Source of the DNA: Glaucostegus cemiculus
Lineage: Eukaryota
Length of the DNA: 64,000 nucleotides
Reading direction: 5' to 3'
Assembly (NCBI GenBank): GCA_976551045.1
Contig: CDPCPM010000050.1
Coordinates: 9,052,001 to 9,116,000, forward strand
The notes under the pieces were generated by a model. It made no database searches, was not told the DNA's origin, and saw only the letters and a program-made list of their open reading frames with translations. Position numbers and translations under genes: made by a program. Positions within the stretch are counted from its first letter, which is position 1; every line of letters starts with the position of its first letter. This document shows positions 51,126-64,000 of the stretch, in pieces.

Positions 51126-52454
51126 ACGAATGGTGGTCAGATCTATTTCCTTGCTACAGGACTCTATGACTCACACAGATTGAATGCAAAGTAGGAAACC
51201 TATAGGTTACTCAAAAACAAAACTCCTTTATTTTTTATTTAAAATGGGCCAGATCTATTGAGGAATGTCAGCAATTCTGCACTGAACTGCTGGCATTTCT
51301 CTGTATAAATGTCACTTAGTTTGGGATTCTCACACAAATGCTCTTTGCAGATCATTTCCCAACTGCACTCTAATATTCTGTGAACATAAGAATTAAGAGA
51401 AAGAGTCTGCAGTAAAACTCTTTCGGCCTGCTTTATTATTCAGTAATGTCACACCTGACCTGATCTACAGCCTTGAGTCCACTTTCCTGCGTGTTAACCA
51501 TTTTTAATTAGTTTTAACATTTTTGAATTGATTTTTAATAGTTTTTAAAAGCATGTGTATGTTCCTGGAAATCATTTTTCCACAGTTTTGATGGCAAGTC
51601 AAGCCAGGGACATGATAGGTTCTCAGCCTTAAACAGTAACTCCGTTTCTCTCTACAGACGCTGGCTGAATTTCTGAGTAGTTCCAGCACTTTCTGTTTAT
51701 TTTTCTTATTCAAGAAACATTTATTTCTTGAATCATTAATGGATTTTTGATTAACAGTGGATCTAATTTAATTTATTGCTTCTGAAAGTGGTAAATAAAA
51801 GTGATGCTTAGAAAGCTGAGTTGTTCCTTTTTTGGTTTCAATCTGTTTATTTGTTTGGAACAACAACGTGTAACTGCACAATATGCTTAATGTTAAAAAA
51901 TTCCCCAAGGCGCTTCAATTTGGCTTAAGCCACACAAACAAAAAAGAACCAAGCACAATGAAAGATGATGAATCAGGAGGATGGAAGAAGAAGATCTCAG
52001 ACTTAAAGGCAAAGGAGGAAATTTAGCAGGGTTATAGAGGGAATCCCACAACATGGGGCTAAGATCCTTGCTGTGTGATAGGATGTGGGGATAGAGTTTT
52101 AGATGAATTGAAAATGGATGAATTCATTACTTAGCAAGTTAAACAAGAAATGGGTACTGGACTTAGTTTCAAATAAATACTTTGTGCCTATCTTCATGGA
52201 ACAGAGGAATTATAAAGATATTGATATTAAGGAGGAAGAGAAGAAATATTAGAAATAACCATAAAGAGGAGACACTGAAGGATATAGATTCTTTAAAAAT
52301 AAAAATCATTAGGAGAAGCAGGAGAGGAATTGACAGAGCCCAATCATTCTCCAACCTTTGTTGTTAACTATCCATCCAATGATTTTCCCACTACTATTGT
52401 TAGACTTGAATTACTCACTCTGTTCCTCTCCCTGGTTAAGGAATGGTACCACAT

Positions 52455-52825
52455 TAGAGTCACAAGGTTATAGAGCACGGAAGCAGGCCCTTCAGCCCAA
52501 CTCATCCGTGCTGTCCAAGTTGCCTACCTGAGCTAGTCCCATTTGCCTGTGTCTGGCCCATATTCCTCTAAACTTTTCCCATCATGCACCTGTCCAAATG
52601 TCTTTTGAACTTGTTATTTGTACCTGCCTCTACCACTGAGACTGGCAGCTCATTCCACATACCCACCACCCTCCATGTGAAAAACTTGCACCTCAGGTCT
52701 CCTTTAAATTTGTCCCCTCTCACCTTAAATCTATGCCCTCTAGTTTTAGACTCCCCGACCATGGGGGGAAAACACTGACCATTCAACTTACCTATGCCGT
52801 TCATGATTTCATAAACCTTTACAAG
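52455..52825 (-). mobile_element. CR1-like LINE 3' end
   Basis: ORF 52568..52837(-): VKVYEIMNGI..GESKTRGHRFKVRG.KFKGDLR.KFFT.RVVG.WNELP. Confidence 0.9.
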
Positions 52826-53045
52826 GCCCGAAAACACACACTCAAAGTTTTAGGAACAACTTCTTCCCCTCCGCCATCAGATTTCTGAATGGTCCATGAA
52901 CACTACCTCGCTGTTCCTCTTTTGCCCTATGTATTATTTTTTGGGTAACTTTCAGTGATTTTTGTGTCTTGCACTGTACTGCTGCCACAAAACAACAAAT
53001 TTCACAATATATGTCAGTGACAATAAACCTGATTCTGATTCAGAA
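52826..53045 (+). mobile_element. Rex1/Babar-like LINE 3' end
   Basis: TQSFRNNFFPSAIRFLN C-terminal motif; tail gacaataaacctgattctgattc. Confidence 0.65.
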
Positions 53046-53079
53046 GAATCAGAAGTAGAGAGGAACGGAGGAATCTCAG

Positions 53080-53750
53080 TGTGCATTGTCATAGATCCCT
53101 GGACAAGTAAATAAAATGGTTACAAAATCACATGGAATGTTTGCTCAATCAGGCAAAGAACACAGGAACAGTGAGATGATTCTGGAGTAGTATGAAAGAC
53201 TAGTTTCGCTCACAGCTGGAGCCTTGTGTACAGTTTTGGTCACCACCTTACAGGAAGGAATTAATTGCACTGGAAAGTGCAGAAAAGAAATTTATGTGGA
53301 TATTTCCAGGGCTGGAGAATTATAGTTTTGAGAAGTATTTGGCTCAGCTAGAGTTGTTTTGTTTGGAACAGGGGAGACTGAAGGAAGATTTAATTAATGT
53401 TAACGTGCCTAAATTATGAGAAGTCTAGACAGGGTGAAGAGGAAGGATCTGCTACTCTTGGCAGCAAGGTCAATAACTAGGTGGCATGGATTTATATTAA
53501 TTGGTAGAAGGATAAGAGGGGAGCAGGGAAACATGTTTTTCAGTCAATGGATAGTAGCAATCTGGAACTCAGCTTGAAAAGGCAGTGAGGGCAGAAATCT
53601 TCATCGTGTTTAAATGTATGTGAACGAGCACATGAAGAGTTTGTAAGTGGGATTAGTCCAAACAGCTCCTTTACTGCTAGCATGAATACGATGGGCTGAA
53701 TGACTTCCTTTCTGTGCTGTAAATTTTTATGATGCTATGATTTCTATGAA
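53080..53750 (+). mobile_element. CR1-like LINE 3' portion
   Basis: LV..QLE..VQFWSPPYRK..IALE, F.GLE..S.E, EQ.RLK.DL motifs; tail gggctgaatgacttccttt ctgtgctgtaa. Confidence 0.78.
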
Positions 53751-55479
53751 ACTTTGAACCATCCTGACCAGCTTGAGACCTGTGGCCGGGGAAAAGGATA
53801 GAATTGTTGGTGAGGATGCAATGTATCTTTAGCTGGAGGAAATTATAGTTCATCAAGCTTGAGTGTCATTCTGACAAAACAAAGACTGCAGTAAGGTCAA
53901 GAGAGACTGTGGAGAGCTGACTTCAAAATGAAACATTTTTCTTTTGTGATGGATGTCCAAATGTTAAAGTTGCAAACCACTCCACTTTCGTACCCTTTTT
54001 GGCTTGCTGCTAAATGTTGCGATTTGTTCAGCCCACTCTGGATCTAATCACCGGCTATTTGTAACCATTCAGCCTGATGATGAAAGGAGCAAATTAGTGC
54101 TCAGGGCAGGGGTGAGAATCACATTTGACAGTAATTACATATTTTAGAAAAGTCTGATTTTCCTCGAGTCAGTCTGTGACAATTTTGTTCTTTATAATTT
54201 TACAATCACTCCAAACAATAAATATCAGCAAATATATATATTTTTGAGTAATCTCTGAGGCTTATCTTTTAAGATAGAAGTTTAGGTTTCAATACAAATG
54301 ATTAACTTAGTCATGTAGTTTCACAATAGGACAAACTTCAGTCTTTGAATCTCACAATCTTCATTTTATCACTGGAGTAAAACATTACATCCAGTAGTTA
54401 ATCCAGAGATAGATGGAACCCTGTTGTCAATGATTTTTCTCCATAACTTGTATTCACAAACTCAGTGCATGAAAAGGAAACATTTACATAGCTAAGGGTT
54501 AGGAACAGGGAAGTGGAACTAATGGATGTCTCTTTTAGCGGATTACACCAGAGGGTGAAATGGCTTCTTACTGTATTGCAGTAATTTTAATCCCTTCATG
54601 TCTAAAATGTATAAACATGTGAAATAGGAACCCACCTTACTTTTGATCCAACTCATTTCTGGTTTAAACTGAAGCATGATGAAGGATGGGTAATGAGAAT
54701 GCATGTAGGGGCTGGGTCAGTCGTTAAGGAAGTTGCAAGCTTCCATTTTAACAGTGTTTCCCTTTTTAACATACTGACCTGGGTTAACAGGCTTTGGGAA
54801 ACCTGGGAGGTAAAAGGAGGCAAGAAGGGGCTGAATCCATGATGTAAGTGCCTTTGTGCCACTGCTTGTGGTCCAGAGGGAGAGGAGAACCTGTGGCGTA
54901 GTAACCCCTTCCAACATACCCCCATCACCCAGCAAATACAGCGCTCCAACTATAATCTCCTCTCCATCCACAGTTGGCTTGTACAATCACTCCCTGCCCT
55001 GGCTGCCCCAGCCCCTGGCTCTGGGAACCCTGACCACCCTTATGCCCCTGTGATGTCTTTTACTGCACTCCTCAACCCCTCATTCCAGCAGGATGCCACC
55101 CCATCCCCTACCTGACCCCCATCTTTGCTCAGCAATGGCATTGGGCTGCAGGCTTTGTGGCTCGATAGGTAACTATCCTATCAATTAAACTTGCTCTCAG
55201 GTACATAGAAAAAATGATAAAAAAAGCATCCTGCTAATAAAAGTTGCAGATATTTGGGACCCCCATTCTGTCAGGGTCGTGAACTACAACTCAATAATCT
55301 GACTGAGCACAGGCTGAGCTACGTCATCATGCGATTGCAGGGAACTGAGAAATTTGCAATCTTCTGCCTTGAAAAGAGGCAAATAACGGGAACAGCAGGC
55401 GAGACCCACATCCTGTCAATGGATAAAATAAAATAAATGAAGTGAACCCTCAATAACATGTATTGTGCAAAAAGGAAAA

Positions 55480-55775
55480 CCTGGAGGACAGCTTCAGCAT
55501 AAGCTCTGACAGTTCCTTGCACAATAAGATGGACTCTTGACTGCACAATCTGCTTCATCATGACTTTGCACCTCATTGTCTGCTTGCACTGCACTTTCTC
55601 TGTAACTGTAACGCTTTATTCTGCATTCTGTTATTGTTTTACCCTTCTACCATGTCAATGTACTGATGTAATAAACTGATCTGTATGAGTGGCATGCAAA
55701 ACAAAGTTTTTCACTGCACCTCCATACATGTGACAATAATAAACCAGTTTTACCAATTTACAAATTTACCAGTTG
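55480..55775 (+). mobile_element. LINE 3' UTR (Rex1-like)
   Basis: gatggactcttgac..ctgcactttctctgtaactgtaacgctttattctgc..tgtgacaataataaacca + (atttacc)n-type tail. Confidence 0.55.
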
Positions 55776-57329
55776 CAAATCTGAACTGACAAAGGATAAC
55801 TTAAGGACTGTGTGACAGTCTGAAGTGGCCTCCTGTGCATCAGTTGGAGGCATAGAAGTCAGTTGTCACAGACCAGAAGACACCGGTTGTAATGCATATA
55901 CCCCACGTCTCCTAATCTACACTGATGTGGATTGTGCAGATTAATATTCAGGAAGTACACAGAACTCTAGAAGCTGTAGGAAAATCAAAAAAACTGCAGA
56001 TTATAGGTCTGAAAGAAAGATAGAAAATACTGGAAACACTCAACTAGTCAGGCAGCATTTGTAGAAAGAAAAATACATTACTTCAAATTGGAGACCTTCC
56101 TAATAGGTGGATCTTGTTTATTAAAGGTTCTTCTCAGCCTGTGCACATGCATAAAATGATACACATATCATCAAATACACCATGCAGTAGTTCAGATGTA
56201 TTTACATAGACTACACTGGTCTTGCAGCGTTTTCCTGATGAAGGAGTAATGATTATTCATTTGGGTCCTCTCATCCCTATTAACCATTTCACCATTTCTG
56301 CTTTCACTGACATAGATTGTCATTGAATAAATGTTAGAATTCTGCCTGATTTTAGACAGGTAATAACAATGATAAAGATTTAGCTGTAGTTTGAAATCGA
56401 TCCATTTATGGAAGTGTGTACAAAGTTATGGTTATAGCTAATATTAGATTGTGTGGTTATAAAATGAATGCAATCAAGTGCAATTTATTTTCCATTTTTT
56501 AAGAAGATACCTGTAATTAACATTTGATAAATACAAAGTATTAAATCCATACATCAAAAAACCTACAGCATTGGCGATTGCTATAACCTACTTGCGTCTG
56601 CACTGAAACCCAAAGTAAATACCAACATAAGCGGTTTCTTTCCTGATATTGTCCAGTTTTGTAGACACCAGTTTTATAAGTTATGAATAGCTCAGGTTAT
56701 CCAGAATAACGGAACTATATTAGCTTTAGAATAATGTCATTTGTAACTACAATCATATTAAAAAAAGATTCTTGGACACTGCAAGTGATTTAAGAGAGTG
56801 CATGAGTCATATGACCAAGAAGGTCTCAGGTTTGATTTCTGATCTGTGACGAGATAATTGACCTCAGCAAGAGGTGTAGTTACAATTAGTTTCAGTGCCC
56901 TGATTTAAGAGGAGAAATAATTGGCCAAGTTTTTCATTTCTAATTGATCACTTGTATTTAGGATTTTTTTACTGTTTTAAAAAATCTTTTTCTGTTAGTC
57001 TCACATTTTCTCATATCCTGCTCCTTATTCCAACTTCCTTGTCATTCACCTAACCCACTTCTATTCCTTGTCAGACACTTTGTGACCACCAAAAAACTTT
57101 TTCTTTACCAAGTTTGTGTCATTCATTCATCCATGTCATGTTACAGATAGATTGCAAATTATAATGATTCAGCACTGATCCTTGTGGAAATCAAGAGCTA
57201 ATATTTTAGGTCAATGATCCTTCATTAAATGGTCATTGACCTGCAATTTAATTGTCTTTCTCTCTGTAGATGCTGCCTGACCTGCTGAATATTCCTAGCA
57301 ATTTCTATTTTCATCCCCGCCAAGTTTAT

Positions 57330-59220
57330 CCACTTAACTATACTTTTCCATTTCTGACAACATCCTTGCAAAACTCCTCTGTACCCCTTCTATTGCTATA
57401 GACATCCTTCCAGTAGTGTGGTAACCAGAACTGTACAAAGGTTTCTTACAGCAAAACAGTACAAATGCCGGAGATATGCTGGAAGTATTCATCAGGTCAA
57501 GCAGCATGTGTGGAGGGAGAAAACAATACTCTGGCTGTGAATTAACTAGTATTGTTAACAGTTTCAACAAAATCTTCATATGCCTTGGCTAATAAAGCCA
57601 AATGGTCATTTGCCTTCTTAACCACCCTACTTAGCTCCCTATTACTTTGCACAATGCATTACAGGATTTTATACGGTCCCCAGTATCCTACCATTACCAT
57701 GTATCCCCTTGCCTTATTCCCCATGTCGTCCTAAAATTGATTTACCCTTCGGTCCTCTGCAAGAAACACAGTGCCACGAGGTCTGGTTGAACAGGTACCT
57801 TTATTTAGCAGTACTGCTAGGAAAAGTCCCTGAAAGCACTCACTCAGAGTCACTTCCCAAGGTCTCTCTCCGAGCAGTGGGCAGACCGAGATTTATACAG
57901 ATATTCTCACGTGAACCGCATACACATGGCGCTGCGAGTCTTGGGCAAACTATACAGATGCTGAAACAGCTATCACACCTTTTGTCTTGGTATAACCAAG
58001 TTGTAATCAAGAAATACAAAGGTAGGTATCACCCCTCATTGTTTAGCCCAAGCTCCCACCTTGATGTTAATTACTCCCAGCATCGCTGCCGTCTCCTCCG
58101 CCGATGTTAATTACACCTAGTGTCATTACTGTCTGACAATTTGGGATGTTCCATTACCCGGGACAAAAGACAATTAACATACCTAGCATCCCAACCCAGC
58201 TCGTGAGTCCTTGTTAGTCCTTGTTGGAGAGAAGTGCATCTGTTTTTTTACTAGTTATGGAGATAGCTGCAATTCTTAACCCTTTACTTCTACACCCGGA
58301 TACGTTACCTCACACTCCTTTAGACTGAACTCTATTTTTCACTTTTGCACCCACCTGTCGTTCATAGAGTAACAGGGATGTGCAGCACAGAAATGGGCAC
58401 TTTGGCCCACCATCTCCATGCCAACCATTTTGCCTACTTACACTAATCCTATCTGCCCACATTAGGTTCGTACTTCAGACCATCCCAGAGGCCCCTTAAG
58501 TGTGGTGATTGTACCCGATTCCACTACCTCCTCTGGCAGCATGTTCCTGTGTGGAAAAAAAACCTTAACCCTCAGATCTCCTTTGAAACTCCTCCCTCTC
58601 ACCTGAAACCTATGCCCTCTTGTTTTTGATACCTCTACCATGGGAAAAAGATTTTGACTATCTGCCCTATCAATGCCTCTTATAATCTTATATAGTTCTA
58701 TCAGGTCACCCCTCAGTCTCCTCTGCTCCAGGGAAAACAAGCTCAGCCAATGCAATCTCTCCCCATTAATAAAATCCTCCAGTCCATTCAATGACTGTGT
58801 CAAACCATTCTCTGTGTGAAGAAAAAATTACCCCTCAGATCTCCTTTAAAGCTCTCTCCACTAACATTAATACTACGCCCTCTTGCTTTTGATACCCATG
58901 CTATTGGAAAAAGATTTTGACTATCTGTCTTGGCCTCTTATAATTTTATGTACCTCAATCAATATCTTCCTGAAGCCCTAACTTTATCTCAATATCAACT
59001 TCTGTCATTTTTATGTCATCAGCAAACTCTTCAATTGTATGACCCACGATTGACTCATCAATACCTGCTCTCGACTCCACAGCACACAGCCCTTCACTCA
59101 CTCAAACACTAGTGGACCATTATTCTTTGCTTTCTCCCAATGAGACAATTTTCAATTCAATTTGCCACTTTCCTCTGATCTCTTGGTTTTTATCTTCATG
59201 ATGAATATGTCATATTGATC
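57330..59220 (-). mobile_element. Cluster of CR1-like LINE fragments interrupted by a solo LTR
   Basis: ORF 58462..58803(-): LFSLEQRRLRGDLIELYKIIRGIDRADSQNLFP..SKTRGHRF; ORF 57334..57579(-): IAIEGVQRSFARML. Confidence 0.85.
57724..58294 (-). mobile_element. Solo LTR (571 bp) of an LTR retroelement or endogenous retrovirus
   Basis: TGT...ACA termini; flanks CCCA (57720-57723) and CCCG (58295-58298) form a 4-bp TSD with one mismatch. Minus strand has TATAAA (57897-57892) then AATAAA (57805-57800). Host CR1 sequence rejoins across it. Confidence 0.72.
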
Positions 59221-62200
59221 TGTAACGGGTAAGAAATCCTTCTTGCTTCCTCTATTGGCAACAAACCCCTGTTAATACACGTGAATTTGAGTGACAGCCT
59301 GATTGAGTGCCAATCAGGTGATACTCCCCTGGTTTCCCAGCAGCATTGCGGGGGTACCCTATTCTCCCACAGGTGGTTGTATTTTAGGAAGAAAGCCCAT
59401 CACACATTCCATTTATTTCACAATATATGTCAGTCCTGCCAGCAATATCAATATCCACATTCTAAGGATGATCTTGTATTTAAAAAGTCCTGTGTTTGAT
59501 CTCTCTTGATAAGTTCGCCTTAAAGTGCTGTGCCAGGAACTGTGATGTAACTATTTCCAGAGAGAGGGGAGAAACAGATCACTCAGGTTCCAGCTCTTTA
59601 ATGCTATATAGTGACCTCTGCTGGAAAGTCCACGGGTGTTCAAGTTGGTGAGGACAGGATCAAGTCCAGTCATGATATCACTCATCATCGAATTGCCTGC
59701 CAACGCTGAACAGCACATAAAGATTGGGACTGAAACATCATTTACCATTAAGGTTCAATGCATTTGGGAAAAGAAGGACAAAAATGGGAAATACCAATCT
59801 CTTATGCTGAAAGAAGTCAGGAGATATCTGCATATTTAAATGTACAATAACTAACTCCGTGATAATTCAAAGGTAGATATTAATTGGCATTAGTGCAGCA
59901 AATAAAGCAGATACCATCACACAGCCCTTCTGATTTCCTTTTCTATTGAGCTCAGTGAAGTTTAAGTTATTCAGAATGTGCATTAAAAGTACCTGAAAGT
60001 TCTTTTACCTCACAATGTTTGAATTTTTTCTGAAACACCCACGTAGCTGATATATTAGCACTTCCTTTTGGTTTGCAGTTGAAAACTGCTTCATGACCCA
60101 GTAATTTGGAAAGCTACTGTTCTATAATTATCAGATAGCTGAGTGTTAGTGATCACTTGGACCCTAAACTCAACAAGATATTGCAAAGACTCGATATTAA
60201 CAAGAACATTTATAATTTTGATCCAATATTTTGTATTTTAAAATCCATGGCATCTTTATGAAATTTCTGTCACAAGAGATTAAATGGTTGGTTGGCCTTG
60301 GTTAATTGAATCTTTCTTTGATACAGTTGATTAATCTGTTCAGCAGCATGTTTTTGTTTGTCATGTCTGGGTTTCTCAAAATGAAGCACATTATCATTTC
60401 AAATGTAATTTTCTCAGAATTAACAGATGATATTTAACTGAGCTCTGAAATTCATAACTCTAACTTCTTTAATTGGTAGAGGAAGATGAAGCTATTATTA
60501 GGGCTCAGGTTATGTGAAAATGGCACAGCGGAGAGATTGGATCAGCATTTTCGAACTAGGGCATCCATCACTGTGACAGCAAAGGCATTGCATTAAAGAG
60601 GACCCAAGTGACACTGCTGTTTGCTTGAGCCTGTTATCTAGCACAATCACAGGCACAAACATATTGATCAGGCATCCATGTGTAGCTGGTCTAACTCAAT
60701 TGTTGCAAATTAAGAAGATTTTTTATCCATTTGAACCTGTGAATTTATAAATTAGTGCTGAATTTCTTTTGTTTTGATTCTGCATGTGTAAGGGAAAGAT
60801 TGTAATGTTATCTGCCTTAGGAGTTTCATAATTTTTCTTGTGCTTGAAAGGAGTGGAATTTTCCAGGTGATTCAAGTTAAAGCAGAATTTGTCAGCACAA
60901 AATGAGCAGAACATAATAATGTGGTAGGTCCAATGCTCTTCCCAAAGCTTTCCCAATTTTGCTGTGATAAGCTGACAACATTGCATTGTTGGTAGGAGAT
61001 TCACAATAATTCACTTAAAGGCACACAACATAAATGTATAGAGCAGGGACCAGGAAATGCTTACCGGGTTGTCGGCAACACTTGCATCGGTCACTTAATG
61101 GGGCAGAACTTGAAGGGGTGAGAACAAGGCTACAATTCATTTTACACCTCTTCTGACCTTTCATTCCATTGAACGCAATAGAATTAACAAAAAAAATGAC
61201 TGCTGTAAATTGGGGTGACAAATTTGCTGTCACCTGTCATACCCTATCACTTGAAGTTAAAATCTACACTAATCATTTTAATCTAGATTCCTATCACATA
61301 CAACCAATATCACTTGATTTTTCATTGCTGTTCTCTGTGCATGAGATTCATTGCAAATTTAATTTACCTTCAAAATCATTTAATTGTGATCAGTTTATCA
61401 ATATAGAACTTCTACAACCCAATTAGCCGTTATTATATAGAGCTGTGCAAAGTTCATGTCTGTTGACATATGATCAAAAGTTACGATGGAAGATCACATC
61501 ACACTTTGTGCTCATTGATATCGGTACAGTGCTTTAGGACGCCGTTTTGATAAGATATTAACCAAGCCACTTCCTGCAGTCTATAAACTTGATAACTTTT
61601 GCATAACACCAGTGTAGTAGAGCATCAGTATCAGTAGCTCCTTGGCTATGTTACTGATACCTACACTCAAGTATAAATGTCAGTCTACTTGATGATAAGT
61701 TGGAAATGATTTTTTGACGTTCACTAATGCTCAGTTGTGTTATTAATACAATGTCTGAATGACTAAGATAAAATAATAATTGTTCAACTATATGGCAAAG
61801 AAAGCCATTGAAATGATCAAAATAAATGGTCAATTCTGGCATATCTAATTTAAATAAAATACTAATTAGAAAAGCATATTTAGTTAATGGCAGTCTGGTT
61901 AGTTGAAATGTGATAAGAAGCCACATCAGTGCAACATAGTTAATAAAGTAGTTGCTTAATTAACTGTACAACATAGAAATTGACCCAAGAATTGTGCTTT
62001 ACTGAGTTGTCATATCAATTACTTCAATATATATATTGACACATACAGTAGCTGGTACTTCAGTGTGCATTCTACAGATGATGATCTGTTTTTTAATGTG
62101 GTAAATTCATGTGGGGCTCATAGATTTTATAGATTCCTCAGAATTGAAAAGAAATAACAGATGCATTGAAAAATATTGGTTGGAAAGCTACCATCTAATT

Positions 62201-62719
62201 AGAAAACAGTTTAATTTTACTTTCAATAAACTGTCAATGTTCCAGTAATTTGTTAATAGGAAAAATCTGAATTAATGGCTAATTGTAATTGCATTAGAAA
62301 TATAAATAGTTCATGCAGCTCTTACATGGAAGTATTGCTACTAATATCTTCCTGTTTGTTATTTATATTCAGGTTAGAAGCTGGTTAGATTTGGTTTAAC
62401 AATTGCTGTCAAGATTCCATTCACATTGTGATAGAGCAAATGACAAATACCTTATAAGGCAGTATTTAATCTTAATCAGTTTCATGTTCTTGGTATTTAA
62501 AAATAGTCATGCAAAATGTCTCACAATTGACAAGTAAGTGGAAATTTATAAGCCACTAATTCCATAAAGGTGTTTGTGAAAATGGGAGAGGATTATTGCT
62601 AGATACCATAGCTTTCATTTTGCTTGGTTTTGTTGCTGTTTTCCTAGCTGTATTCCCTTGCCAGATTGGAGTCCAGCTGTAGGGCAGGATCTTGAGACGG
62701 TTTTCCAGATGTTAGAAAA

Positions 62720-62860
62720 ATAATACACTGCAGATACTGTACATCTGAAATAAAAACAGAAAATGTGGTCAATACTCAACAGATCAGACAACATCTGTGA
62801 AGGGAGAAACAAAGTTAATGGTTCGGAGTGACCTTTTGTCAGAAATCAAGAATGTTATTG
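62720..62860. repeat. Penelope-type terminal repeat fragment (copies also at ~12900, 23940, 46980, 51620, 55990, 57190, 57470)
   Basis: ctgcagatactg..atctgaaataaaaacagaaaatg..aatactcaacagatcagacaacatctgtg..gagaaac..agttaatg, same motif as at the ends of the 27370-29100 element. Confidence 0.6.
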
Positions 62861-64000
62861 TAACTGATTCTCTTTTCAAGGAATACTGTTTGCTCTGCTG
62901 AGCAATTCCACCAACTTCTGTCTGTATTCCCCTAGTTTTAGACTTGGTACAATATCTGTGAATATATTGATTGTAGAGCTGCAGGGAAGAAACGGTAAAA
63001 CAAAATAGTGATTTGTTTCATTTTTTAAAAATTATTTGGGAAGATTTTTGTGTTTTTATTTGGTTTAATTTTAAATAAAAATGTCATTTTATGTAGTTTT
63101 TCAACATTTCTAAATGCCAGAGACTTAAAGAAAATTGAGGAAATTTGGCAGCTTTGATCTGGCTTTCTGGCTGCTCAAGGTGCCAGAGGAGTATTTTTTG
63201 GGTAAGGCTTCTTCTTGGAAGGATCTAATAAAGGGGAATGGAGGAATGGGGACCATGAACGGTGAATGGTACCGTCGATGTTTTAACACCATAACAGCAG
63301 TAAACCCCAAATGTCTGTTCATGAGCTGTCAGAAACAGACAGATCCAGAAACTCAAATTTCTGAGCTTACTTCACATGCCAACCAGTTCCTCCCCTGAGA
63401 TGTCAAAACTTCAGGGGTGTTTTGGGACAAGGCTCCCTCACTGTACTGCCCAAGGTCACATTGCTCTCAGACCACACATCTGGACTCCAGATGCCTGCAG
63501 ACCAGTGGGATTCACCCAGATTGGGTAAGTATGGTCATAACACATCTAAGGGCAGTGATTCCAAGGTGGAGGGCCAGACCATCAAGATCTGACCAACGAG
63601 TGCATGGTTATTCCATTTCTGTCAGTATTTTTATATCCTTTCATGACAAGGTTATTCACTCCATCATGTGCTACAATTATTTAATCAACACACCAGGTCA
63701 AACCAAAAGAGTTACCAGAGTAAACCACATATTAGACTTCTTTAAGCCAAAGATCAATTTCAGTGTATTGTGGATGTCCATTTTTATTGGTTCTCTTTGG
63801 ATTTCTGCCAGATTTGGAGTGGGAATGGCTGTGTTTCCAAGGAATCCCTCTTGTATTCTGGCTTCCACACTAAACCATGGGAGACTGTTTGATGTGCATA
63901 TCATAAGTGCCCCTAGAAAATGAGTTTGCCTTGTTCAATGGTGATTGAGGGATTAGTACAGTTAATGGTTCCTTGTATTTGGGGAATTCTATGTTACTAT

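Noticed and set aside
57709-58110. 133-aa ORF
   Set aside because: It lies mostly within the solo LTR on the opposite strand, and no protein motif is recognisable.
63135-63923. ORFs of 87 and 168 aa near the right edge
   Set aside because: No recognisable homology or exon structure; likely chance ORFs or old repeat sequence.

Overview
AT-rich eukaryotic genomic DNA from a vertebrate, almost certainly a cartilaginous fish. This is inferred from the repeat complement (HE1/V-type SINEs, Deu-type SINEs, many CR1 3' ends, Penelope and Rex1-like remnants), which points to a batoid (ray or sawfish). Two spliced genes lie head-to-head around a CCAAT/GC-box promoter at about 18.9-19.1 kb. RNFT2 is on the minus strand: five coding exons are visible (18412 down to 3427), and the RING-encoding 3' exons were not found, so they presumably lie left of the window. 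SPRING1/C12orf49 is on the plus strand and complete: five exons, 19145-40480, 618 nt, 205 aa. The most unusual feature is a ~4.3-kb GC/CpG-rich minisatellite (about 19250-23560) that starts exactly at the SPRING1 exon-1 splice donor and appears to be built by amplifying it. It carries about 20 extra GT donors, many GC variants, a 14-bp palindrome in the canonical unit, G-quadruplex motifs and a ~1.1-kb higher-order repeat. The long ORFs over it result from stop-poor repeats and are not genes. The rest is intronic or intergenic DNA rich in transposon relics, including a solo LTR, a TIR element nested in an RTE LINE and a decayed hAT transposase. There is no evidence for prokaryotic systems or CRISPR. 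Exon coordinates were read base by base; repeat boundaries are approximate and family names come from motif recognition, not database searches.
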